Positions 1 to 7,436 of a DNA stretch of 36,431 nt are shown piece after piece. The DNA is from Armatimonadota bacterium. Lineage in GTDB: Bacteria > Armatimonadota > UBA5829 > DTLH01. Position numbers and translations under genes: made by a program. Within the stretch, counting starts at the first letter, position 1; every line of letters begins with the position of its first letter. The stretch spans positions 1 through 36,431 of the forward strand of contig JBDKUN010000016.1 in assembly GCA_039679675.1 (NCBI GenBank), in the 5' to 3' direction. The notes under the pieces were generated by a model, which saw nothing but the letters and a program-made list of their open reading frames with translations, searched no databases and was not told the origin of the DNA.

Positions 1-47
1 AACAAGAGGCGGAAGACAAACGGATCGATCAACTTAAGTTGTGCTGA
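1..47 (+). CDS. tnpA: 3' end of IS200/IS605-family TnpA (HUH Y1) transposase, partial at window edge
   Basis: Frame from base 3 reads QEAEDKRIDQLKLC*, matching the typical IS200 TnpA C-terminus (..NQExEDKRLDQL..), and is followed by IS200-type hairpins. Confidence 0.8.
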   Translation, partial: QEAEDKRIDQLKLC

Positions 48-140
48 TGCCGCCTTGGGCGGCTCATAAATGACGAACAGATAACCGCTTTGAGCGGTTC
101 CCATATTACAAGCCTCCGGCTCTGCCGGAGGTTACTGACT
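1..140 (+). mobile_element. Right end of an IS200-family insertion sequence
   Basis: Three hairpins after the tnpA stop: GCCGCC-ttg-GGCGGC (49-63), AACCGCT-ttg-AGCGGTT (83-99) and CCTCCGGC-tct-GCCGGAGG (113-131), followed by TTACTGACT. Confidence 0.8.
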
Positions 141-249
141 CATATTTTGATCCCTTCCCGACCTGAGGCAATGGTTCCGTAAAGTTCGCAAAACAAGCAT
201 CAACGCTCAAGATAATTAGCCAGATGATGATTACAGCGTAATACTTCAT
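141..249 (-). pseudogene. 5' part of a secreted-protein gene interrupted by the IS200 element
   Basis: AGGAGG RBS (257-262, minus), ATG at 249 and signal peptide MKYYAVIIIWLIILSVDACFA. The frame enters the IS end near 141 and stops at 106-108. Confidence 0.6.
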
Positions 250-297
250 TTATTGTCCTCCTAATGAGCTATTGCCTTTTAATGATCATACGGTGAT

Positions 298-2412
298 TCA
301 CCGGTCTATCAACGTTGGCACATCCACCCCTATTATCTTGACCTCAAGCGGGGCGAAGTCCAGTTCCAGTTTGTCTCCGACTTTGATCTTGCCGAGTGTT
401 CGGGGGGATTTGAACCTGCTCCAGTCGGTAATTTCATACTTATGGCCGACGGAGATTTCGAGTTCCGGCTCATCGAGCGGCAGACTGGTCGATTTTTCCT
501 GGTTGGTGGGGTTGATGAGGATGATAAATCCTTTGCCGTCGATGATATGGCCTTCACCATCGATATGCTCTCCGTCCGGGAAGCCCAGAATGTGCTGGTA
601 GACCGCAAAATAGTGCTCGAATCTCTTCCGCCACTCGAACATCAGCCTGAGGAACTCCACGAACTCCGGTTTTGCCTGAGCCAGGTCTATGCTTGCCCCG
701 GCTTGAGACGCGCCGTTTCCGATCATGCTCATTTCTGCATGTATCAGCTCATTCAGCGGCTTCGAAAGGCTGTTTTCCCCGGCTTCCTGCCAATTGACCC
801 CGTACCAGCTCCCCCAGATTGCCCTGTAAGGGTGCTCGAAGGTCATCTGGTACATCTGCTGGCGTTGGATAAGCTCGCTTTTCCCCGTAGGGAAGGAATG
901 GGTGTCGGAAACCTGCTGTCTGTCGAGTGCCGGGAGCCGGTGGTTATCGAACGGCAGGCTGAATGCTGTGACAGATGCATCCGGGCGCGCTTCATGTACT
1001 GCAGAGGTAAGCTCAGCCAGCCGCTTTGCAGCGCGGACTTCCAATTCGTGCTGATTTTTATGATCATGAGTTTCAGCGCTGCAGCGTGGAATGTTCCAGT
1101 CGCCGCCGTCCCAGTAGATGTGTCTCGCATTATATCTTGTCACGAGCTCCACGAACCGGCGTTTCACATAATCGAAATAATCCGTCATCGGACAGATAGC
1201 ATGGGCTGACGACCTGCCGGAAATCTTGTCCGGGTTCAGCCATTCGGGGTGCTCGTCCTCAATGTCCGACATCCAGTAGCTGGAACTGAAAGGGTTCACC
1301 CAGAACGACATATCTATCCCGAAATCACAGGCGCGGCGGGCGATCTCATCCAGCCCGTTCGGAAATTTGTCCGGGTTCGGAGCCATAGGCCAGCTGGACT
1401 CCCATCCGAGATCAAGGTGCAGGGTGTCATAAAACCCCGCTCTCTCCATCCGGTTCAGGTAATCCAAAACCATGTTCCGGTCGTAATCGGACTCGACCGG
1501 CCGGTTGTAACTCTGGGTTATGAGCCAGGTGTTCCACATGACGGGAAGTGGTTTATCTCCCACCACGCACCAGTTCTGCTCCAGATACTCGCGGTACCGT
1601 TTAAAACCTATCTCTGCCGGGCCTGAGTATGCGCCAATTACAGCCGCTCCGGTCTTCAGCCCTTCTGTGAGAGGTGTATACTCCTTCTGCCGCATCAAAA
1701 GCCCATTGGAACGGTCGAATTCTTCGCTTCCAAGGATATGAGACATAAAGAAAAAGAACCCTTCGTTTACTCCCCACCTTGTCACGAGCGCGCGGGAACG
1801 GTCGCCATAATCGAACCGGGAGGCAGGGCTTCCCGCGTCCACTTTGTCCGGTTGGGCGTGGACATTGTCCTCGCCGTTTGGGAAGGTTTGAAGGTAACGC
1901 GAGTGAGGCGAGATTCCTTCGACTACATCCCTGAACTTCAAATGTTCGAGTGTGACCAATTCGATCACCCATCCCGGCAGGCTGACCGGCGGGATCTCGA
2001 TCCACTTTTGCATGAAGTTTTGTCCAGCTCGAACCTGGTAGAATACGGACAGCGGGAGCTTAACGCCATTTAATTCGGCCTCAAGGTCGATCCTGAGCAG
2101 TCGTTCGGTCTCATTCGCGCGAGGGACTGAATGGCCTGTGTAGTGGAAGTCTCTGAATGACAGCTCTTTTGTGTCTCCATCGCGCGAGAGGGTAAGCGCG
2201 AACTCCTGGACCGGTTCCTCCAGATACTCCTCAATGCTTGCTCCGTGCGCAAGTGAGGTCGTTCCGATCCGCCCTGATATGCACTGCACACGCCGGGTGA
2301 TCCATTCATTGCCTAGCTCGAACACCCATCCCCCGGCGATTTCCAGCTCGTATCCCTGAAGTCCGGTAAACTCTTCCACTAAATCCTCCTGAGACCAATA
2401 ACGGTCTATCAA
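298..2412 (-). CDS. Glycoside hydrolase, clan GH-D (GH36 alpha-galactosidase-like)
   Basis: 704 aa with motifs WNTW, LHLDLGW (DDGW-like), FWVNPF and YWDG (nucleophile position). Confidence 0.75.
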   Translation of the reverse strand: MIDRYWSQEDLVEEFTGLQGYELEIAGGWVFELGNEWITRRVQCISGRIGTTSLAHGASIEEYLEEPVQEFALTLSRDGDTKELSFRDFHYTGHSVPRANETERLLRIDLEAELNGVKLPLSVFYQVRAGQNFMQKWIEIPPVSLPGWVIELVTLEHLKFRDVVEGISPHSRYLQTFPNGEDNVHAQPDKVDAGSPASRFDYGDRSRALVTRWGVNEGFFFFMSHILGSEEFDRSNGLLMRQKEYTPLTEGLKTGAAVIGAYSGPAEIGFKRYREYLEQNWCVVGDKPLPVMWNTWLITQSYNRPVESDYDRNMVLDYLNRMERAGFYDTLHLDLGWESSWPMAPNPDKFPNGLDEIARRACDFGIDMSFWVNPFSSSYWMSDIEDEHPEWLNPDKISGRSSAHAICPMTDYFDYVKRRFVELVTRYNARHIYWDGGDWNIPRCSAETHDHKNQHELEVRAAKRLAELTSAVHEARPDASVTAFSLPFDNHRLPALDRQQVSDTHSFPTGKSELIQRQQMYQMTFEHPYRAIWGSWYGVNWQEAGENSLSKPLNELIHAEMSMIGNGASQAGASIDLAQAKPEFVEFLRLMFEWRKRFEHYFAVYQHILGFPDGEHIDGEGHIIDGKGFIILINPTNQEKSTSLPLDEPELEISVGHKYEITDWSRFKSPRTLGKIKVGDKLELDFAPLEVKIIGVDVPTLIDR

Positions 2413-2590
2413 TCTTACCCCTTAACGAAGATTTATGGAATAGGGTAGGGCAGTTGCCGGCCTGACATTAAGTTATCATCTATCATGCACCATTGGATGA
2501 GTGCAGTGCGCGATATATAGATGAGCTATGACTGTATGGCAGGTGTAATGTTCAGTTGTTAGCTAAATGATGGCTGTAACGAACCGTAGA

Positions 2591-2619
2591 TTGACAAACT
2601 GTTGCATTGCAGGTATAGT
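2591..2619 (+). promoter_or_regulatory. sigma70 promoter for the LuxR gene
   Basis: TTGACA-17 nt-TATAGT. Confidence 0.7.
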
Positions 2620-2726
2620 TGAGTTAGTAAAATACGCTGCATACCGGTGTTATATGCTTAACAGCCGGCTGCAGTCGCAAATGTTGAATTTTATAATAGC
2701 AGTGGTCCGCTGTTCGGGATACACGA

Positions 2727-2945
2727 ATGGTTAAACTTACTAAACGTGAGTCCGAAGTCCTAAGCCTTGTGCTGGAGGGAAAATCCTCCAAAGAAGTAGC
2801 CGTCGCTCTTTTCTGCAGCAAGAGGACGGTGGATTTCCATCTCGCAAGAATATATGAAAAACTGCAAGTCTCTAACCGCGTACAAGCTATGCGCCGCGCT
2901 ACACTTCTCGGCCTTGTAGAAGTGGACAAAAACCCACAGCAATAG
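2727..2945 (+). CDS. Stand-alone LuxR/GerE-type HTH transcriptional regulator
   Basis: 72 aa, LTKRESEVL..GKSSKEVAVALFCSKRTVDFHLARIYEKLQVSNR. No sensor or receiver domain. Confidence 0.92.
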   Translation: MVKLTKRESEVLSLVLEGKSSKEVAVALFCSKRTVDFHLARIYEKLQVSNRVQAMRRATLLGLVEVDKNPQQ

Positions 2946-2970
2946 AAACATGCTCCATTTATGCGGCACA

Positions 2971-3009
2971 AGTGGTAGTTTTCTACCACTGCACACCACC
3001 ATACACCGT
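2971..3009 (-). promoter_or_regulatory. Possible secondary MraZ-type operator (10-nt periodic GTGG boxes on minus strand)
   Basis: CCAC at 2986 and 2996 and CCGT at 3006, plus the palindrome AGTGGTAG-tttt-CTACCACT (2971-2990). Confidence 0.45.
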
Positions 3010-3113
3010 TTCCTGTTTCTGCACCAGCGTAATATGCCTTTATGAGCTCCATTTAGTCTTTTATCATACATTGTGAAGGGGCAAATCTCCCCAGAATAAA
3101 AACACCCGTACCC

Positions 3114-3142
3114 TTGACTGTGCGTAGGGGGCAGGCTATAAT
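3114..3142 (+). promoter_or_regulatory. sigma70 promoter of the hypothetical-mraZ operon
   Basis: TTGACT-17 nt-TATAAT. Confidence 0.8.
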
Positions 3143-3180
3143 TGGTGGAAAGTGGTAGTGAGTGGTAGGAAAGGGTATAC
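3141..3180 (+). promoter_or_regulatory. MraZ operator (dcw-box-like direct repeats)
   Basis: Four 10-nt units aTTGGTggaa/aGTGGTagtg/aGTGGTagga/aAGGGTatac directly after the -10. MraZ is known to bind GTGG repeats with 10-nt period. Confidence 0.75.
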
Positions 3181-3202
3181 AGTTCCACGGAGGAATCAAA
3201 AA

Positions 3203-3811
3203 ATGCAAGGTAGCGGGGCCGAAGACAGAAACGTAAGCCAGATATCTGTAGATCCTGGACCTGGTGGATTGGTAGCAGTCTACCTGGTAGAGACCAGCGA
3301 TGAAGAGCAGACCAGGTCGCTCAGAAAGCTCTTTGAGGAACTGAAGCCGCATATCAACGTGGCTCAGTTGTCCAGAGGCAGGCTGATGTCCTACGCCGTT
3401 CAGGCGGCAGACGCGTCGCTTCTGGATGAGCTTGAGAACGTGCTCAAGAGCAATTACGCCTTTGTTGTTATGCAGCGGTCTTTCGATCCGGTCATTTATT
3501 GTGTGGTCAAGGAGTTATGTGCCGATACCGGAAGCAGGCTCCTCACTATTCCGCATTGCAACATCTGCGGAAGGCCTAATCCGTTTCCCGACACGGTTAT
3601 CACCCTTACCGACGAAATCGGAGAGCGGGTCATGTCCCGCAGCTACTGCGGCACTTGCACCGCAAGCCTGGTAGCGAGGACGAACAAGGACTTCGTGCTC
3701 TCGCTGCTTTCAGCCGACAGGCGGGATTTTGGCAAGATCGAGCGGTCTGCGCTTGTAAGGTCCCGCGCAAGAAGTAACTACCTTCGTTATAAGGTGAGGT
3801 CGGAAGCGTAA
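3203..3811 (+). CDS. Hypothetical protein with two CxxC motifs (putative Zn-binding)
   Basis: GGAGG RBS before ATG 3203 (in frame with ORF 3152-3811). Motifs CNIC and CGTC. Confidence 0.75.
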   Translation: MQGSGAEDRNVSQISVDPGPGGLVAVYLVETSDEEQTRSLRKLFEELKPHINVAQLSRGRLMSYAVQAADASLLDELENVLKSNYAFVVMQRSFDPVIYCVVKELCADTGSRLLTIPHCNICGRPNPFPDTVITLTDEIGERVMSRSYCGTCTASLVARTNKDFVLSLLSADRRDFGKIERSALVRSRARSNYLRYKVRSEA

Positions 3812-3918
3812 TTTCCGGCTGTTAACTCAAGATATTGAGCGGGTATCGATAGCCGGTACCCGCTGATTAAATTCGTAGCAATCCCGGCTTTCGAGCCTCT
3901 TTTTACCTCGGTATAGAA

Positions 3919-4362
3919 ATGTTTTCTGGAGCTTACGAGCATTCGGTAGATAGTAAAGGGCGTACTGTCATCCCGGCAAAGTTCAGGTCTAAACTTGGCG
4001 AGAATTTTGTTCTCACCAGGGGCATGAACGGCTGCCTGTGGGTGTTTTCCGAGCGCGCCTGGCCGGACGTTCAGCAGAAGCTCACCCCTAAATCATTTCT
4101 CGATCAGCGCGGCATTATGCTGGAACGATATTTCCTTGGTTCGGCGGTCGAGTGTTCTCCTGACAGACAGGGTCGCGTGGCGCTTCCATCTCATCTGCTT
4201 GCGCATGCCGGAATCGAGCCAGAAAGCGGCATTTGGATCGTCGGCCTGTCCGATAAGATCGAGATTTGGAGCAAAGCCAAGTGGGAAGAACTGAATGCCG
4301 GACTGACTGATGAAGTCCTTTCCCGGCTTGCAGCTGAATCAGAGAGCTCAGAGAGAGTCTAG
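3919..4362 (+). CDS. mraZ: Transcriptional regulator MraZ
   Basis: MFSGAYEHSVDSKGRTVIPAKFR and DRQGRVALP (two DxxGR repeats), plus IEIW. Confidence 0.95.
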   Translation: MFSGAYEHSVDSKGRTVIPAKFRSKLGENFVLTRGMNGCLWVFSERAWPDVQQKLTPKSFLDQRGIMLERYFLGSAVECSPDRQGRVALPSHLLAHAGIEPESGIWIVGLSDKIEIWSKAKWEELNAGLTDEVLSRLAAESESSERV

Positions 4363-4576
4363 AATCCTGAATTCAGTTCAGTGACTGACAAAGAAGACTT
4401 TATCCACCGCGAAATCCACTATATTCATGTAACCCGCGTTTCTGATCCCACGTATATATGCCGGTTATCGGTAAATCCGCCCAAAGACTTCTCAAGTCCA
4501 GTAAAGCCTGTGGAAAGAGATTACTGGAGAGTCGAAACTGGACCATACTTGTATAATCATTAAGTAGGTGAGAGGG

Positions 4577-4960
4577 ATGCTCAAGAGAAGGAACGGATTC
4601 ACCCTAGTAGAAATAATGATTGTGGTTATGATCATCTCGATGCTGCTGACGATAGCGATACCGAACTTTCTCAGATCTCGGGATGTATCGCGGGCAAGGT
4701 CATGCCAGGGCAACCTTCGATCAATCGCAAACGCAAAAGAGCAGTGGGCGATGGATAACAAGAAAGACAACGGCGATGAGCCGACGCCGGCAGATCTTGT
4801 ATCTGCCTATATCAAAGGCGAAGCCGGTGTGATGCCTACTTGTCCATCTGATGGCGAATATGTGATTGGCAATATGTCCACATGGCCATCTTGCAGTGTC
4901 GGGCAAAATTCTACAGCGGATAAGACCGATGACCACGTCTACTTGGAAGAAGGAGGCTAG
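4577..4960 (+). CDS. Type IV pilin / pseudopilin-like protein
   Basis: Class III signal peptide KRRNG|FTLVEIMIVVMII and a C-terminal Cys pair. ATG 4577 follows GAGAGGG. Confidence 0.9.
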   Translation: MLKRRNGFTLVEIMIVVMIISMLLTIAIPNFLRSRDVSRARSCQGNLRSIANAKEQWAMDNKKDNGDEPTPADLVSAYIKGEAGVMPTCPSDGEYVIGNMSTWPSCSVGQNSTADKTDDHVYLEEGG

Positions 4961-5006
4961 ACGGTCTCCGTTATTATTGTGCTTCATCTCCTGCCTCTGC
5001 CCCATA

Positions 5007-5022
5007 TGGCACAAAATGTGCG
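5007..5022 (+). promoter_or_regulatory. sigma54-like -24/-12 promoter
   Basis: TGGCAC-N5-GTGCG, about 20 nt upstream of the PEP-CTERM gene start. Confidence 0.5.
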
Positions 5023-5043
5023 TACGCTGGGGTGGGGGAACCG

Positions 5044-5652
5044 ATGACTCGAATACGCATCTTAGTATTTTTGCTAATTGCCTCGATGACTGCCCCGGCT
5101 GTGGCAAGCGAGACACTGTACGATGCAGGCCCTGCGGGTATCTGGGGCATAGTGCTTTGTGACGGCTCAAACGCCGTGGAGCTAATCCAGCCATTCCACC
5201 CAAAAACCAGCGCATGGGCCGATAGAATAGGTGTTGCCATAGCAACTGCATCGGACCCAAACCATAAAGGGTTTAAGGTCACAATGACCGCAACAAGCCT
5301 CGTCACGGACATCCCCGGAAAGCGTATTGCTGGTAGTCGGACCATCTATCCTGTAGCGGGTGCTGCTCTGGAGTATTCATATATAGACATCGATCCAGTA
5401 TATCTGGATTACAACGAGGTCTATGGGCTCGTGATAGAACCGGGAGACTCACAGGTCTGGGGTTCTGTAGCCTATTGCTACGGTGGAGGTCTCGGTTGGT
5501 ATACCAGTGACGATTGGCAGACCTGTTATGGGTTGCCGTACAGGACCGCGATCAGGGTCTACGGGACGCCTGTCCCCGAACCGGCAGGAATTCTTATACT
5601 TTTTTCCTCGCTGGCCGGTATGGGCTTTTCTGTGATGAAAAAGCGGCGGTAA
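5044..5652 (+). CDS. PEP-CTERM sorting-domain surface protein
   Basis: Signal peptide MTRIRILVFLLIASMTAPAVA. C-terminus VPEP + hydrophobic helix + KKRR. Confidence 0.9.
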   Translation: MTRIRILVFLLIASMTAPAVASETLYDAGPAGIWGIVLCDGSNAVELIQPFHPKTSAWADRIGVAIATASDPNHKGFKVTMTATSLVTDIPGKRIAGSRTIYPVAGAALEYSYIDIDPVYLDYNEVYGLVIEPGDSQVWGSVAYCYGGGLGWYTSDDWQTCYGLPYRTAIRVYGTPVPEPAGILILFSSLAGMGFSVMKKRR

Positions 5653-5745
5653 TTGGCCACCAAAGAGATGATAACCCCTGGAATATGCCCTCTTTTCGCA
5701 CAACACAAAAATATCCACTGTTAAATTCTTGGAATATTGTTGAAC

Positions 5746-5761
5746 TGGCACTGTTTTTGCA
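5746..5761 (+). promoter_or_regulatory. sigma54 -24/-12 promoter
   Basis: Consensus TGGCAC-N5-TTGCA upstream of the second PEP-CTERM gene. Confidence 0.7.
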
Positions 5762-5923
5762 CTGCAATATAGTGATGAATGACTCCGGTAATCTTACCAG
5801 GATAATATTTGGCTGGCTTCATTAGCGAAGCGGATAAATCGGGGCTAATAGCAGTGTACGATCGGTTGTTAACTGAACAACCGAATCCATGGGTTGTTGT
5901 ACATCTGAATATAAGGTGGTGAA

Positions 5924-6748
5924 ATGATGAGAAAGATTATGGTGCTTGCTTCGATCATAATTGTGGCTACAGCCACGGTATCAGCGCATGCCGCAAAAGC
6001 TGCGAAAGGTTCGTTTCTGGTTTCTTCTGTTACGACAGTAGATCAACTTTCACAGCAGGTCATTGATGATGCCACAGTTGCTGCCCGTTATGCGAAGCAC
6101 TACAAAATGTCTCGGAATGCAGTTGTGGATTACTTCCAGAAAAGCCTGCGGATCGGCAAGCTGACGAAGGATTATGAGACGACTGTTTACTATATCCGGG
6201 ACAAGGCCGATATTTCGCTGGAGAGGCGGACTCTTCCGGCAGGAAGTTATGTCTTTGTGGCCACGGATGGGACACCTGTATTGGAAGGACGTACAGGCAA
6301 CCCGCTCGGTGATTCTCTGCCGATAACAATGCTCAACGAGCTCACTTCCACTGCGGGGTCAACACTGGAGAGCAGTCTGTCAAGTGTCGACGGAACGGAA
6401 GCTTTGACTTCTACCGACGGCGGTGTAGTGACGAAAGTCCTTGGCGTACAGCCTGCAGAGTTGGGTGCAGCCGCAGCCGGCATTGGGACAGTGGAACCAA
6501 TGGTCGAGATCGTTTCGGCGATGCCGGTCACTTCAGTTCCAAGCGCTGCTATAGGTGCGGCAAACCTGAGACTGCTTATTCCGGCAGCTGCGGTCCTCGG
6601 CGGTGCTGCGATAGCAGCCAACAGCGGTGGAGACAATGGGCGTTCTCCATCCCCTGCGAGCGTCCCGGAACCGGGCAGTCTGATAGCTCTGGTGCTTGGT
6701 GCTTCAGGAATAGCGCTGCCGGTGCTCAGACGCATCAGAAAATCGTAG
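5924..6748 (+). CDS. PEP-CTERM sorting-domain surface protein
   Basis: Signal peptide, Ser/Thr/Ala-rich linker and C-terminal VPEPGSLIALVLGASGIALPVLRRIRKS. Confidence 0.9.
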   Translation: MMRKIMVLASIIIVATATVSAHAAKAAKGSFLVSSVTTVDQLSQQVIDDATVAARYAKHYKMSRNAVVDYFQKSLRIGKLTKDYETTVYYIRDKADISLERRTLPAGSYVFVATDGTPVLEGRTGNPLGDSLPITMLNELTSTAGSTLESSLSSVDGTEALTSTDGGVVTKVLGVQPAELGAAAAGIGTVEPMVEIVSAMPVTSVPSAAIGAANLRLLIPAAAVLGGAAIAANSGGDNGRSPSPASVPEPGSLIALVLGASGIALPVLRRIRKS

Positions 6749-6763
6749 GAAGAAACCACCTGA

Positions 6764-6858
6764 AGAGTTTCAGGAGATAAAGTAACAGCCTTACAGCTAT
6801 ATAAACAGTTCTCTGATGTAGCTATATCTGTTGATTTTACACTTGCACCTGAAACTCT
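6764..6858. repeat. 95-bp palindromic MITE-like repeat, copy 1
   Basis: 11-bp terminal inverted repeat AGAGTTTCAGG...CCTGAAACTCT. 93/95 identical to 12495-12589. Confidence 0.9.
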
Positions 6859-6866
6859 CCCGGAAT

Positions 6867-6918
6867 GAGTTTTGGCTGAAACAGTGTTTAACGCTTGTTA
6901 CATTAATAACCTAAACTC
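6867..6918. repeat. About 52-bp palindromic repeat
   Basis: GAGTTTTGGCTG...CCTAAACTC. Aligns with the reverse complement of 11907-11957. Confidence 0.7.
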
Positions 6919-6935
6919 TGCAGATAATAATATAT

Positions 6936-6976
6936 AAAAAGCCGCTCGGTGAGATCAATCCCGAGCGGCTTTTTTT
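6936..6976 (+). terminator. Intrinsic terminator (possibly bidirectional)
   Basis: AAAAAGCCGCTCGG-loop-CCGAGCGGCTTTTTTT. Confidence 0.85.
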
Positions 6977-7104
6977 GCATGTTGAGCCTCTGTTACTGTA
7001 TGTAGTCCTGCCTCGCTATACACTATAACAGCCCAGAGACCTCTCATGACGCGACTATAATATACAATGCTGGCTTTAAATAGTAATTAAATACATAAAA
7101 CCAC

Positions 7105-7133
7105 TTGACATGATGATGGCGGCATGGTATACC
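7105..7133 (+). promoter_or_regulatory. sigma70 promoter for the large surface protein
   Basis: TTGACA-17 nt-TATACC with extended TG. Confidence 0.55.
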
Positions 7134-7293
7134 AAGTTTGGTTAGTTTCGTTGATTAATTGTATTCACACCTTAACAATTATATCGACAGTCTTTGCTGA
7201 GATTATCTCAGGTGAAGCCGTACAATTTTGCATTTCTCCATTAATCAAAATAAGTCTTCATTGAAATGAGGGATCAAGATTCGAATATATCTC

Positions 7294-7405
7294 ACCGCCA
7301 CATATTCTGTAAGACGTAGTGGCCGGACAGAGTGAGTGTCTCAGGGTTGACCGTAACCTGAGCCTCTCGTTGAAGAGGCAAGGAAGAGGCGACCGGCGTG
7401 GCGGT
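7294..7405 (+). promoter_or_regulatory. Structured 5' leader, candidate cis-regulatory RNA
   Basis: Nested stems ACCGCCAC/GTGGCGGT, GCCGG/CCGGC, CTCAGG.TT/AACCTGAG and GCCTCT/AGAGGC, ending about 30 nt before the ATG. Confidence 0.4.
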
Positions 7406-7436
7406 ATTTTAATAACAAAAGAGGAGGCGAAAGGAA

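Noticed and set aside
2624..3352. Minus-strand ORFs over luxR and the mraZ promoter
   Set aside because: Antisense to a clear gene and to regulatory sites, with no recognisable motifs.
4381..4563. 60-aa ORF after mraZ
   Set aside because: GTG start, no clear RBS and no recognisable motif, so it cannot be supported.
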